Shown one piece after another: positions 42,780 through 51,558 of a stretch of DNA of 64,000 nucleotides. The stretch comes from a virus: the IMG/VR virus record IMGVR_UViG_3300028783_000001, positions 96,001 to 160,000 of that record; one strand, 5' to 3'. The translations under genes and the position numbers were made by a program. Below the pieces are notes generated by a model, which had not been told where the DNA came from, made no database searches, and saw only the letters and a program-made list of their open reading frames with translations. Each line of letters begins with the position of its first letter. Within the stretch, counting starts at the first letter, position 1.

Positions 42780-44807
42780 TTACCACTGATCATATTTCCC
42801 AGGAGTGTGCACCCACTTCGGCGGAGGTGATCCTGGCTTCACTGGCTTCGGTGCAGCCTTGGGAGGTGCTTTCGCGGCTGGCTTCACATGCTTCGGCAAT
42901 GGTTGCATGGAAGGTCCGCGATTGTGACCGATACCGGGGGCCTTAGCCGTTGGCTTCTGTGCTGGTTTGGCTGCTGGTTTGAGTGGGGCTACCTGCACAG
43001 GCATGGGCTGCTTGTCCATCTCTGGCTCAGGCATCGTATGACTAGGGACGCCGCCAGGACCACTTGGATAAACGTCTCCACCGCCGCGCGGCACCCAACC
43101 AGGAACTTTCAGCTTTCGCTTTCTAAACGGCGCGGCCATTATGTGCGGAAGGATGTACGACGTGATGGCAGTCGAGCCCGTCGTCTTGTCACCAGATACG
43201 TGGCCGAGCAATCCGCCAACGTTTATGGCGAGCCCCTTGATGATCTTGGACATGTCCGCACGGCTGGCCGTTTTCGGGATGTTGGCATCCTTGATCAGCT
43301 TCTCCATCATATTGCTTCCGCGAATGTTGCGGAGATTGTGGGCTGTGATCGGGATGTGAAGCTTCTTGAACCAAACGTTTATGACGCCGTTTGAAATACG
43401 TTTGCCGTTTACGACCCACGCATACTCGTCGCCCTTGCGCCCGCTAACTACGCGGTGGATAACCGCAATGACACGCTTTGCAATGTTGTTGGTGGGACTT
43501 ATCTGATGGGCCTGTAGCTTATGATCCTTGCCAGGATACGTCAACAGATAGCCACCGCTGCGTGGCTTGATCTGGTTGACCTGGAGCGTCGTTAGCCCAA
43601 ACGTATCCTCACCCTTCGTCGAGTTGCCGGGATTTCCTGCACGGCAGGCGTAGGTGTAGAGGATTTCCATCATTGCGCCGACGGTCTGCTGGAAGCGGTC
43701 CTTGGAGTTTAGCAAGGCAATCCACTTGTCGCGCATCGGCGGAACGACGTGACGCGCGTGCTCAATCTTCGCGTCCTTGTTGCCCTTGTTTGCCTGCAGC
43801 TTGCCTTCGGTGTATGCCTTGCCCTCATCCTTGGCCACCGATCCTGGGACGCGATACCAGAAAATGATTCCGTTGTCCTTCTTAGGATCGTAGCTTTCAC
43901 CTACAACATGTCCCGACGGGAGGACCGTTCCTTTAACGCGCCAATATATTGCCGAACCTGGCATTGGCATGACGTTGATACGCTTGCCTGCGCTTGTATA
44001 GAGACGGCAGTCCTCTCCAACGAATAGTCGGCCAAACGACTTGAGTGCAGGAGCATCAATGTGAGCCTTCGCCAGCGCCTGGAGAACCAGGTCGATCTTC
44101 ATCGGCTTGCCGGCACCGGCTGGATTCTTACGCACGAGCATGCGCACATAAGTCTTCCAGCTATTGGTTATGTTGCCCTCGACCTGAACCAGACGCTTGT
44201 GAACGTTTGGCTTCTTTTCTTTCAACGCGACCCGCTGCTCTGGGGTTAGAACCAGTCCCGGCTTGCCCGTCACCTGCTTGATTATATGCTTCAACTCTTC
44301 GACGTGTTGCTGCTGGTCGGGAATCTTCTCTGGGCAGAACATCGACTTGATGAAGGTATCTGGGAGAATCGCGAGCTTCGTGTCCAGCGCCTTCTCTTTG
44401 GCGTCGACGCGCTCTGCGGTCGGTGTGAACATTCCGAGGATGAGATTAGCAAGTTTACCCTCTGGCTCTGGGACGCTGGTGCTCTCCAAAAAAGTCTTCA
44501 GCGCCTTGGGCTTCGGGAACCTACCCATCGAAATCTTCGCCGCATACATCAGCTCGGCGTAGGCCGTCGTGGGCATCCCATTCTTGCCGCGCGCCTTGTT
44601 CGCCCCGATCATCGTGATGATCTTCTTGAACTGAGCGCTCGCTTCCTTACCACCAACCAACTTGATTACTTGGATCGCTGCCGATAGCTGCCCCTGCATA
44701 TGATGGGCGAGGGCCTTGCTGTTCAAGTTGCGACGATAGGCTACTACAGTTCCGGCCATCAGAGATAGCCACGCTGCCAACGCCTTTTCATCCACCTGTG
44801 ATGCCAT
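42780..44807 (-). CDS. DNA topoisomerase IB (bacterial/poxvirus type) with long N-terminal extension and Pro/Lys-rich tail
   Basis: Catalytic motifs CRAGN...TFGLTTL, YPGKD, TAHNLRN, LLGH...AITSYI. Confidence 0.8.
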   Translation of the reverse strand: MASQVDEKALAAWLSLMAGTVVAYRRNLNSKALAHHMQGQLSAAIQVIKLVGGKEASAQFKKIITMIGANKARGKNGMPTTAYAELMYAAKISMGRFPKPKALKTFLESTSVPEPEGKLANLILGMFTPTAERVDAKEKALDTKLAILPDTFIKSMFCPEKIPDQQQHVEELKHIIKQVTGKPGLVLTPEQRVALKEKKPNVHKRLVQVEGNITNSWKTYVRMLVRKNPAGAGKPMKIDLVLQALAKAHIDAPALKSFGRLFVGEDCRLYTSAGKRINVMPMPGSAIYWRVKGTVLPSGHVVGESYDPKKDNGIIFWYRVPGSVAKDEGKAYTEGKLQANKGNKDAKIEHARHVVPPMRDKWIALLNSKDRFQQTVGAMMEILYTYACRAGNPGNSTKGEDTFGLTTLQVNQIKPRSGGYLLTYPGKDHKLQAHQISPTNNIAKRVIAVIHRVVSGRKGDEYAWVVNGKRISNGVINVWFKKLHIPITAHNLRNIRGSNMMEKLIKDANIPKTASRADMSKIIKGLAINVGGLLGHVSGDKTTGSTAITSYILPHIMAAPFRKRKLKVPGWVPRGGGDVYPSGPGGVPSHTMPEPEMDKQPMPVQVAPLKPAAKPAQKPTAKAPGIGHNRGPSMQPLPKHVKPAAKAPPKAAPKPVKPGSPPPKWVHTPGKYDQW

Positions 44808-44850
44808 GATTTCTTTCCTCTATCGTTTTTATTTACTCATAGCCAAAGTC

Positions 44851-44879
44851 AGAATACTACAGGTGGAACGGGTTGTCAA
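44851..44879 (-). promoter_or_regulatory. Sigma70-type promoter upstream of topoisomerase IB
   Basis: TTGACA-N17-TATTCT on the minus strand, about 45 nt before the ATG and just after a terminator. Confidence 0.75.
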
Positions 44880-44891
44880 GTGGGCTAAATT

Positions 44892-44922
44892 AAAGGGGTG
44901 GGCGCGTGCGCCCACCCCTTTT
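44892..44922. terminator. Intrinsic terminator
   Basis: AAAGGGGTGGGCGC-GT-GCGCCCACCCCTTTT. Confidence 0.85.
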
Positions 44923-44932
44923 CCGAATCGGC

Positions 44933-45268
44933 TCAGAGAGTCTTCGTAATCCAGTTTTCATTTTCCGTAATCGCGACGCTGATTGGCGCGAGAACAGCAT
45001 GAATATGGGAAACGGTAGCAGTCGGTAGGCGCAGATCGCCAACCAAGTTTAGTAGGCCAAGTGGGAGGCTCTTAACCTCAGCAACGTGGAGCAAGAGGTC
45101 ATTTACGATTGCTGCATCGTTTGTCCCAAGGATTTGGGCGATGTAACCAACAACTTCCTTGCTGTTCCAGAAGTCGGCAGCGAGGGCGACGAGGATGCTA
45201 GGAATTGAGGCGTCGGGAACGCCAGCAGCAAGCAACTCTGCTACTAGGACGGGTTCATTTACTGCCAT
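44933..45268 (-). CDS. Hypothetical protein
   Basis: 111 aa, AAGGAG RBS. Confidence 0.65.
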   Translation of the reverse strand: MAVNEPVLVAELLAAGVPDASIPSILVALAADFWNSKEVVGYIAQILGTNDAAIVNDLLLHVAEVKSLPLGLLNLVGDLRLPTATVSHIHAVLAPISVAITENENWITKTL

Positions 45269-45515
45269 GTGCTATCTCCTTGGGTTGGTCGACTGGTACT
45301 GGGGTGATGTCAAAATAGTAGCTTGCACCGATCACGAGCTGTGCAGTAGCAGCTGGGTTGTCGATGACAAACTCGGCTAGTCCGGTTGGTGTAGCCTTGG
45401 AGAACGAAATGTCCTCCTCGACAAGCTTCGGATCGTATTCGCAGTGGAAGAATGCCTTCTGTCCAACCCACTGACGACTGATGACGTCGGCGAGACGCAT
45501 CTTCACTCTGATCAT
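45255..45515 (-). CDS. Small phage protein of unknown function
   Basis: E..SFSKATPTG..EF.IDNP.A...L..G..YYFDITP pattern, which I recognise as recurring in phages. Confidence 0.6.
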   Translation of the reverse strand: MIRVKMRLADVISRQWVGQKAFFHCEYDPKLVEEDISFSKATPTGLAEFVIDNPAATAQLVIGASYYFDITPVPVDQPKEIAHGSK

Positions 45516-45631
45516 CGGAATAAGGCCCAATTGTTGAAGTCGTACACATCAATGCCGATGGTTACGACTATGAATAGGATGGCGGCGATGCCAACCACGG
45601 TTAGGATGTTTTTGAGCATGAAGACTCCTGT

Positions 45632-45997
45632 TTACTCAGCGGCCTGCATCATCTGCGACGGCCACACGCGACCGCGATACCAGTCGTAAATGTTCTCCTC
45701 AAGCGCGCCTTGTGGGATTGCAGTTGCCTGCGCTCCACCAAACTTCAATACGTGCTTTAGGATTTCCTCCAAGTTTGGCTTCTCGTAGCAGCTCTGCTCC
45801 ATGCTCTTGTAAGCCTTGCCGCGCAGGAAGCCATAGGCTAAGAGGTTGTGCCTGGCGACATGTCGAACCACTGTTACGCGGTGATTGTGCAGATCTGCAC
45901 GCATGTTGCCGGTAAGCTTAATCTCGTTGGCGCGGATGGTCTTGGCCTCGTCAGCGAGGTTGATGATCTTTATTTTTAGCTCAACATAGCGTTTCAT
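45632..45997 (-). CDS. Phage protein of unknown function
   Basis: Start ATG 45997 (AGGAG); LKIKI..LADEA..L..HR..VVR..AR...LAYGFLRG..Y..ME pattern. Confidence 0.7.
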   Translation of the reverse strand: MKRYVELKIKIINLADEAKTIRANEIKLTGNMRADLHNHRVTVVRHVARHNLLAYGFLRGKAYKSMEQSCYEKPNLEEILKHVLKFGGAQATAIPQGALEENIYDWYRGRVWPSQMMQAAE

Positions 45998-46102
45998 TGT
46001 ACTCTCCTGTTGGTTGACTAGTGATATCAATCCATCAGGATCTACGGTGGTCCACGCGGGAGATGTAATCTAATACACGAGCTGCTCCTGGTTGTGTGGA
46101 AT

Positions 46103-46173
46103 TGGCTGCTCTCCTGGGAGGTCGAACCCAGCGGCCATAGGATTAGAAGCCCCGGACGGCACCTGCGAGAGCC
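46103..46173 (-). ncRNA. tRNA-like element lacking a D-arm (Arg TCT-like; pseudo-tRNA or atypical tRNA)
   Basis: GCTCTC/GAGAGC acceptor, GGGG-CTTCTAA-TCCT anticodon arm, CTGGG-TTCGACCT-CCCAG T-arm, 3' CCA. Confidence 0.55.
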
Positions 46174-46186
46174 ATTAACATTGGAT

Positions 46187-46492
46187 TCAGATGATAGTCT
46201 CACCAATACGTGATGGTGAACCACCCGGCCAGGTAATACGACAAAGGCTTAGACCTGGATCAATCATCGGTCCTCGCCAACCGTCGGTCGGCCACTTATA
46301 AGGATCAGCCTCAAGCTGGCAGCCGATTAGGGTAGTTCCACCGTCGACGGCGCGAATCCAGCATGTCTTGCTGAACCAGATAATCTCACGAACCCAGCCA
46401 GCATAGCGAGCAAATGCTTTTGGGCCTGGTCCTATTAATGGTCCACGCCAACCAACCGGCCACTTGTAGCCTGGATCTGTTTCCATTTTCAT
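46187..46492 (-). CDS. Trp-rich hypothetical protein with internal duplication
   Basis: AGGAG RBS; ETDPGYKWPVGWRGPLIGPG and EADPYKWPTDGWRGPMIDPG. Confidence 0.6.
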   Translation of the reverse strand: MKMETDPGYKWPVGWRGPLIGPGPKAFARYAGWVREIIWFSKTCWIRAVDGGTTLIGCQLEADPYKWPTDGWRGPMIDPGLSLCRITWPGGSPSRIGETII

Positions 46493-46667
46493 CGTAGTAC
46501 TCCTGTAGTTAGATAATGACGGGCCAGCGCAAGATTAGACGGAGAGTGGTTCTCCAGGCTTAAGGGTTATCTCACCAAAAGAAGTTCCACCGTCTCGACC
46601 AAATGACCAGAGCACCACAGGAATGTCGTGAATCTTGTTACCAATAGTGATCACTGTTGCTCTCCTA

Positions 46668-46826
46668 TCAATGTATGAGGTATGCTAATGCAATAGCAAC
46701 AACCGATATCGCTATTGCTAGTTTTAATTTACTCACCCGATTTATCCCGGTTTTGAACAGCCCGAGGTCCAACACAACGAGGGTCAGAAACGCGGTGAAG
46801 CCAAACGTAACGGCAAGCGCGGTCAC
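46668..46826 (-). CDS. Small two-TM membrane protein (52 aa)
   Basis: GTG overlaps the previous stop (GTGA); two hydrophobic segments; below the ORF-track size cutoff. Confidence 0.4.
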   Translation of the reverse strand: MTALAVTFGFTAFLTLVVLDLGLFKTGINRVSKLKLAIAISVVAIALAYLIH

Positions 46827-47278
46827 CGGATGTTTAGATTCTTGTTTGTGGATTCAGCTGGTAGCATGTTAAGCGACGCCAGCTTGGCAGCAATCAGGGG
46901 ACGTAGCTCATCACCAATCCATGCAGCGAGTTTTGGCTCGCTTGTTATAGCGTAATTCGCAGCCTGTGCAATGACCTTGTTTGCGACCGAGAGGTCGAGA
47001 GTCTTTCCATGCTCTGCATTGGCGATGGTTGCGATGGCGTAGTCGACGGCCGCGCGGACGGCCTCAGTGGTGAGATACGACTTGATCACGGCCGGTGCGT
47101 AGTTTGCGACAATCCACGAGACTACGGCGGCGAAGGTTGCGGCGGCGCTCTGCAGGATTGCAGTTAACCAGTCACCGTAGGGAATGGAAACAGTGGCGGC
47201 CTCTGGTACCGCAGCGTAGGCTGCGAGCGGAATGGCAATTGCCACAGCGATGATCAGGGTAGTTAGGTTGGGCTTCAT
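46823..47278 (-). CDS. Membrane protein, possibly holin-like
   Basis: Signal-like N-terminus, one TM segment, helical C-domain. Confidence 0.5.
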   Translation of the reverse strand: MKPNLTTLIIAVAIAIPLAAYAAVPEAATVSIPYGDWLTAILQSAAATFAAVVSWIVANYAPAVIKSYLTTEAVRAAVDYAIATIANAEHGKTLDLSVANKVIAQAANYAITSEPKLAAWIGDELRPLIAAKLASLNMLPAESTNKNLNIR

Positions 47279-47523
47279 TAAAGCGATCCTTCACTTGATT
47301 TCGGTGAATCTGCGTGTCCGCAGTCGGCGGTGATCTTCTCATTGGTTCCATGTATCTGCCCACGCGCGTCGGGACAATGATCGTGAATCCAGGCGAGGGG
47401 GTTGTCGATACAGGCTAGACCGTTTGGAGTATTGACTTCATTCTCGCAGGCAAACGCACTGGTGCTAAGGATTAGTGCGAAAACAAGTGCGAGGGAGTGG
47501 ATGATAGGAAGGTTGGGCTTCAT
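47278..47523 (-). CDS. Small secreted Cys-containing protein
   Basis: Signal peptide ending SAFA; four Cys in the mature part. Confidence 0.55.
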   Translation of the reverse strand: MKPNLPIIHSLALVFALILSTSAFACENEVNTPNGLACIDNPLAWIHDHCPDARGQIHGTNEKITADCGHADSPKSSEGSL

Positions 47524-47629
47524 GTTACATGCTCCTTATACGAGGTTGCTTACAATTTACCATCTAAGATCAGGAGTCCTGGCGCCAATATGATTCAGAC
47601 GGCTGGGCCACTGATTAGGCGACAACAGC

Positions 47630-48127
47630 TCACATGATTTGTCCGATCGAGCCTACCCAAGCTGGCGCGATGGTGACGCCATCACTAGACCATGCGAGCG
47701 TGGGGTTACCATTAACATCATTGGGGCCGATTGGGTATTGCATATAAATCGTCGCACCAAGCGATGCCGCTAGCGCCAAAAACGTCGGCTTCATCTTTGT
47801 GGTGATGATCGCGGGGTCGGCATTATGTCGAATACGAAGCCAGAGCCCTGGCGCCATCACGGCGGGAGTTATTAGGTTTGGTGGCGTGGCTGTGTCGTAG
47901 ACTGCAGGCGTTTGCACGACCGCTCCAACAACATTAATAAAGTAGTCACCATTTGCCGCTAATCCACCCGCGATAACGACTTGGCTTTGCGCGGCATTAT
48001 AATAGCCGAGCGCCTGCGCGAGTTGGACGAGAACTGCGGTCGATGGGTAATTGACGACCAGCTCTACGGCGTGGGCCGGCGTGGATAGTCCGAAGATAAC
48101 TGCTAGAACAAGAGCGAGCTTTTTCAT
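47630..48127 (-). CDS. Hypothetical protein with signal peptide
   Basis: MKKLALVLAVIFGLSTPAHA signal peptide. Confidence 0.65.
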   Translation of the reverse strand: MKKLALVLAVIFGLSTPAHAVELVVNYPSTAVLVQLAQALGYYNAAQSQVVIAGGLAANGDYFINVVGAVVQTPAVYDTATPPNLITPAVMAPGLWLRIRHNADPAIITTKMKPTFLALAASLGATIYMQYPIGPNDVNGNPTLAWSSDGVTIAPAWVGSIGQIM

Positions 48128-48128
48128 C

Positions 48129-48446
48129 TTATTTCCAAACTTTCTTTAGTTGGGCGATGGCGGCGTCGATGCCGTCGTTGAAGCCATTTGCCCCCTCGTC
48201 GTTTGAGTCGTTTGGCTCGACCTTGCAATTTTCTATTTGCTTGACAAGCTCCACCATAATTGCCTCAACAAGCTTATACCACTCGCTCACGACGTAATCC
48301 GGCTGTCTTTCGAGAGAAAATTGTGGTACATCGGAAGCGTTATCTTCTGGATCTAGTTTCCAAACGGCGTCGAGGGCATATGGACTCGGCAAATTTTCAG
48401 CGATGATCCTCGCGATGTCCACTGCGGTGAAGATGATCTGCGTCAT
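48129..48446 (-). CDS. Hypothetical protein
   Basis: 105 aa, ATGA overlap with the upstream gene. Confidence 0.6.
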   Translation of the reverse strand: MTQIIFTAVDIARIIAENLPSPYALDAVWKLDPEDNASDVPQFSLERQPDYVVSEWYKLVEAIMVELVKQIENCKVEPNDSNDEGANGFNDGIDAAIAQLKKVWK

Positions 48447-50023
48447 GAATAAGAAGCTCCTACAGTTGTCTTGGCGCGGAAGACGGCGGAGGACATAGCG
48501 GCGCTGTAGCCGCCGAGGGAACGGAGGTGGTAATTGAGACGGAAAGAACCGCCTCTGTCGCCAAATCCTATTACAGTTGAAGCCAGAAAGCTTATTGAGC
48601 CGCCATTTACTAGAGCACCACCATTAACAGATAGATATGGAACCGCAGAAATGACTTGAACACCCATCCTCGCAGGAGAACCATTCGTTAGATTTGTCGC
48701 CGCGTCATATGACCAAGCGCCGCCCGCGCTTGCAAACTGACCAGCATATTGGCCCGGAACGCCGACGGATGTGTTGCCGCGCTGAAGTTCTAGAATGTTT
48801 ACACCCTGAATACTTGCGATGATGCCATTTTCGACTACGGGGTCAAACGTCCCCTCAACAATCAACGTGCCCGTAGTGTCGCTCCAACCGAGAGCGGCGG
48901 GCGTGGCCGTTAGGGACTCGGAGGCGCGGGTTGCGCTGGCGGTTGTGGTCGGGATTGGCGAAGACTGTTGAGTTGTTTCGTTCTGGACGTATTGCACCGC
49001 GATGGCGTCGCCATTCGTGGCAAGTTTGAATCCGACCGAAGGGTTAGCGAGCGTTTGTATGGGGATAGTCTGCGAGGCCCACGAGCCTGTGATCGTGATG
49101 GCCGTCCACGTCGTTCCACCGTCCGTGGTCATGTAGACCGCGCCGGTTCCGGTGATGCGCTTCACAAGCGCGGATTGTGCGCGGGCCGACGAACCGAGGG
49201 TTATGCTCTGGAGGACCGCTCCGTTTGCTGAGGTCGCGGTGATTGAGGATGCGCCATTCGCGACGCCATCCGCGCCTGTTTGGTTCAGCGCGGCAGTGAT
49301 GTTGCTCTTTGCCCACGCCGTGTTCGTGAGGTCGTTGGAATAGAGGACGACATTCGTCGCCGCCACGGACTCAAGCAGGAGACCTGCCGCCGTGGAGTTG
49401 GGATAGTCGAAGCGCGGGCCGTAGTAAGCGGAGGCTCCCGTGACGACTTGATCGCCGGCACGGGGAGCGGCTTCGTAGGTGACGGCGGATAGCGTCGCGC
49501 CATATACATCTATAGCATCGCCGGTGGTTGACATCGTTAAATAGAAATATGATGTTCCACCGCCAACACTATATGTAGAAAACTGCTGCCAACTACTAGT
49601 TAGGGGCAGCGTAGTATTGCCACCAATACCCGGAGTCCATAAAGTTACAGCCCCGGTTCCTGTCCGTCTTCTAATCCAGATGGAGGATACTGCATTTACG
49701 CCGTTTAGACCTGTATTGGATTGGTATAATGTAGCCGAAGCTGTTGCGGTAAGTGTAGAAGCATTTGTTCCACTGAATGGGTCTGCTATACCGGAGGTAA
49801 CTGATATGGCAGTTTTTGTCCATGCGGCGTTTGTAAACGTGTTGCTATACGTTAGCAGGTTGTTCGGCGCATAGGTCAGCGTGCCCGTGCTGTCGAACAT
49901 CATTGCGTTGCCGGCGCGGGAAAAAGCTAACCACGGCGGCAACACGCTTGACTTGGTAAAGTTGTATTGCAGTAAAGGCTTAATGCCTGTGCTACTTAAT
50001 AGTGCGCGTCTGGTACCGATCAT
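48443..50023 (-). CDS. Head/tail fibre-like protein with duplicated carbohydrate-binding-like modules
   Basis: FSRA...MFDSTG, PRFDY..GLLLE..ATN, two N...YSN..TN.AW.K repeats, SSPIPTTTASATRA, lectin-like C-terminus. Confidence 0.7.
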   Translation of the reverse strand: MIGTRRALLSSTGIKPLLQYNFTKSSVLPPWLAFSRAGNAMMFDSTGTLTYAPNNLLTYSNTFTNAAWTKTAISVTSGIADPFSGTNASTLTATASATLYQSNTGLNGVNAVSSIWIRRRTGTGAVTLWTPGIGGNTTLPLTSSWQQFSTYSVGGGTSYFYLTMSTTGDAIDVYGATLSAVTYEAAPRAGDQVVTGASAYYGPRFDYPNSTAAGLLLESVAATNVVLYSNDLTNTAWAKSNITAALNQTGADGVANGASSITATSANGAVLQSITLGSSARAQSALVKRITGTGAVYMTTDGGTTWTAITITGSWASQTIPIQTLANPSVGFKLATNGDAIAVQYVQNETTQQSSPIPTTTASATRASESLTATPAALGWSDTTGTLIVEGTFDPVVENGIIASIQGVNILELQRGNTSVGVPGQYAGQFASAGGAWSYDAATNLTNGSPARMGVQVISAVPYLSVNGGALVNGGSISFLASTVIGFGDRGGSFRLNYHLRSLGGYSAAMSSAVFRAKTTVGASYS

Positions 50024-50027
50024 CCGA

Positions 50028-50534
50028 TCAACCCCACAATGTTCCAAGCGAGATGCTCATGTCGGACGTGGAGTTGAGGGCCGCCGTCGTCGCATCGGGC
50101 ACCACCACCACAAAGAGGCTCGACGACTGCCCCTGAATAGCTTTTGCGATGCCATCCATAGTGTAGATGGTGTGCGTCCCGAGGACGCTAACGCCGTTAG
50201 TGAGATGATAGATTCCGAGGAGATACGCCGTATCGCCCGAGACGATAGCTGCGGTATTGGTGTCGGTGAATGTGCCGCTGGGCGACGTGTCGAAGATTGC
50301 GACATAGAAGCCGCCCGTCTGCAAACTGCCCTTGAAGCGAAGCGTGATGCTCTCAAGCAGCGCGGAAAACGGCGTTCTAGGAAGAATGTTGGCGAACGTC
50401 ATGATGCCGCCAATGACCTTGTTCGCGGCATAGGTCGCGGCGGTGACGGTCGGCGTGACGAGGACGCGCGTGGTGGTCTGCACCAGCATTATATCTAATG
50501 GGTCTTGTGTGGAACCTGGTGAATTTGGAATCAT
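50028..50534 (-). CDS. Hypothetical beta-rich (likely virion) protein
   Basis: 168 aa; T..AYAANKVIGG motif; adjacent to the fibre-like gene. Confidence 0.55.
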   Translation of the reverse strand: MIPNSPGSTQDPLDIMLVQTTTRVLVTPTVTAATYAANKVIGGIMTFANILPRTPFSALLESITLRFKGSLQTGGFYVAIFDTSPSGTFTDTNTAAIVSGDTAYLLGIYHLTNGVSVLGTHTIYTMDGIAKAIQGQSSSLFVVVVPDATTAALNSTSDMSISLGTLWG

Positions 50535-50601
50535 CTACGTGGCCCATGGTTAATCTTTCTTTAAGGTTCACATTCAGGACTACAAAACAACGTGGGAAGA
50601 T

Positions 50602-50961
50602 TCACATAAACGCCCCGTAGCGCTGTGCTATGATCTGGACGTTTGCGCCGTAGATTGCAGACTCTGGGATTGATACCCAGTTACTAATAATACCTGCGCC
50701 ACCGCCCATGTAAGCTAGCCGATCCCCAGGAGATACGGTTAGTGATCCGGCACCTAGTGTTCCGCCACCATACGTAAATGAACCTACGACGGTGAATGAA
50801 TCATAAGCGGCAATACCCTCGGACGGGCATATTGTGATATCACCAAGAGTGGGTAGGTTTAATGCTACGGCATTGTCGGGAGCGTTTGGATCAAACGCTC
50901 CACGCGTTCTAAACGGATTGTTGTCAACGCCTGCAGACGTCCTCCATTGCATATTTGCCAC
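50602..50961 (-). CDS. Hypothetical (likely fibre-associated) protein
   Basis: RGAFDPN...GD...VSPGDRL..W pattern resembling fibre repeat modules. Confidence 0.5.
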   Translation of the reverse strand: MANMQWRTSAGVDNNPFRTRGAFDPNAPDNAVALNLPTLGDITICPSEGIAAYDSFTVVGSFTYGGGTLGAGSLTVSPGDRLAYMGGGAGIISNWVSIPESAIYGANVQIIAQRYGAFM

Positions 50962-50970
50962 GGTGACCTC

Positions 50971-51504
50971 CTATCTCAAGTGAATGGATGGTTGGGTAGG
51001 ATTCTTACCTTGTAGAATTGCCTCGATCTGGGTTTCCATTCGAGTAAGGTTTTGCTGGTATGGATTTATTGCGAGAAACCACAACCCACCAACAATCGTA
51101 CACATCAGCATCGCGGCTGATATCCACGTAGCCCACTTTGGCTTCTCTAGCTCGGCTATCCGGGTATTGATCTCATCGTCGCTGGTCTTGATTGAATCTT
51201 TGATACGATCGATTTCAATGGCTACCGCGCTTGCATAACGCTCGTGTGCCTCGTGACCCCAACTACTGGCAATCTTCTCTTCCGTTCGTTGGTGATAAGC
51301 ATTTAGCTCCACTGCCCGCTCCTCAATAGCCCCTAGTGCCACTAGTAGTGCCTTGTCTCGGTCGGCCAGCATCTGCTCAATACGAGCAAACTTCGCTGTA
51401 AATACCTCGTCAAAGTAAATCTTTAATGTGGATGTCGTCCACTGCTGTTCGTTAAGTGGTGGCATGATGTTCGCACTCTCTGTATATGACACCTCCATAG
51501 ACAC
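50971..51504 (-). CDS. Coiled-coil protein with C-terminal TM segment
   Basis: Helical N-domain followed by WATWISAAMLMCTIVGGLWFLAI. Confidence 0.6.
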   Translation of the reverse strand: MSMEVSYTESANIMPPLNEQQWTTSTLKIYFDEVFTAKFARIEQMLADRDKALLVALGAIEERAVELNAYHQRTEEKIASSWGHEAHERYASAVAIEIDRIKDSIKTSDDEINTRIAELEKPKWATWISAAMLMCTIVGGLWFLAINPYQQNLTRMETQIEAILQGKNPTQPSIHLR

Positions 51505-51520
51505 TCGAGATTACACTTGG

Positions 51521-51548
51521 AGGGTGGCGGATTAGTTTCCGCCACCCT
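51521..51548. terminator. Hairpin / probable terminator
   Basis: AGGGTGGCGGA-TTAGTT-TCCGCCACCCT. Confidence 0.6.
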
Positions 51549-51558
51549 GTTTATTAGA

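Noticed and set aside
42780-44807. Tyrosine integrase indicating a prophage
   Set aside because: The motifs (RxGN...FGLTTL, GKD, SYI) fit topoisomerase IB better; no att site or host genes were seen.
46103-46173. Reading the tRNA-like element as an amber (CUA) suppressor, and TAG recoding of the genome
   Set aside because: The stem register centres UCU in a 7-nt loop. Many intact genes (capsid, sheath, chaperone) end in TAG and the core genes are not fragmented under the standard code.
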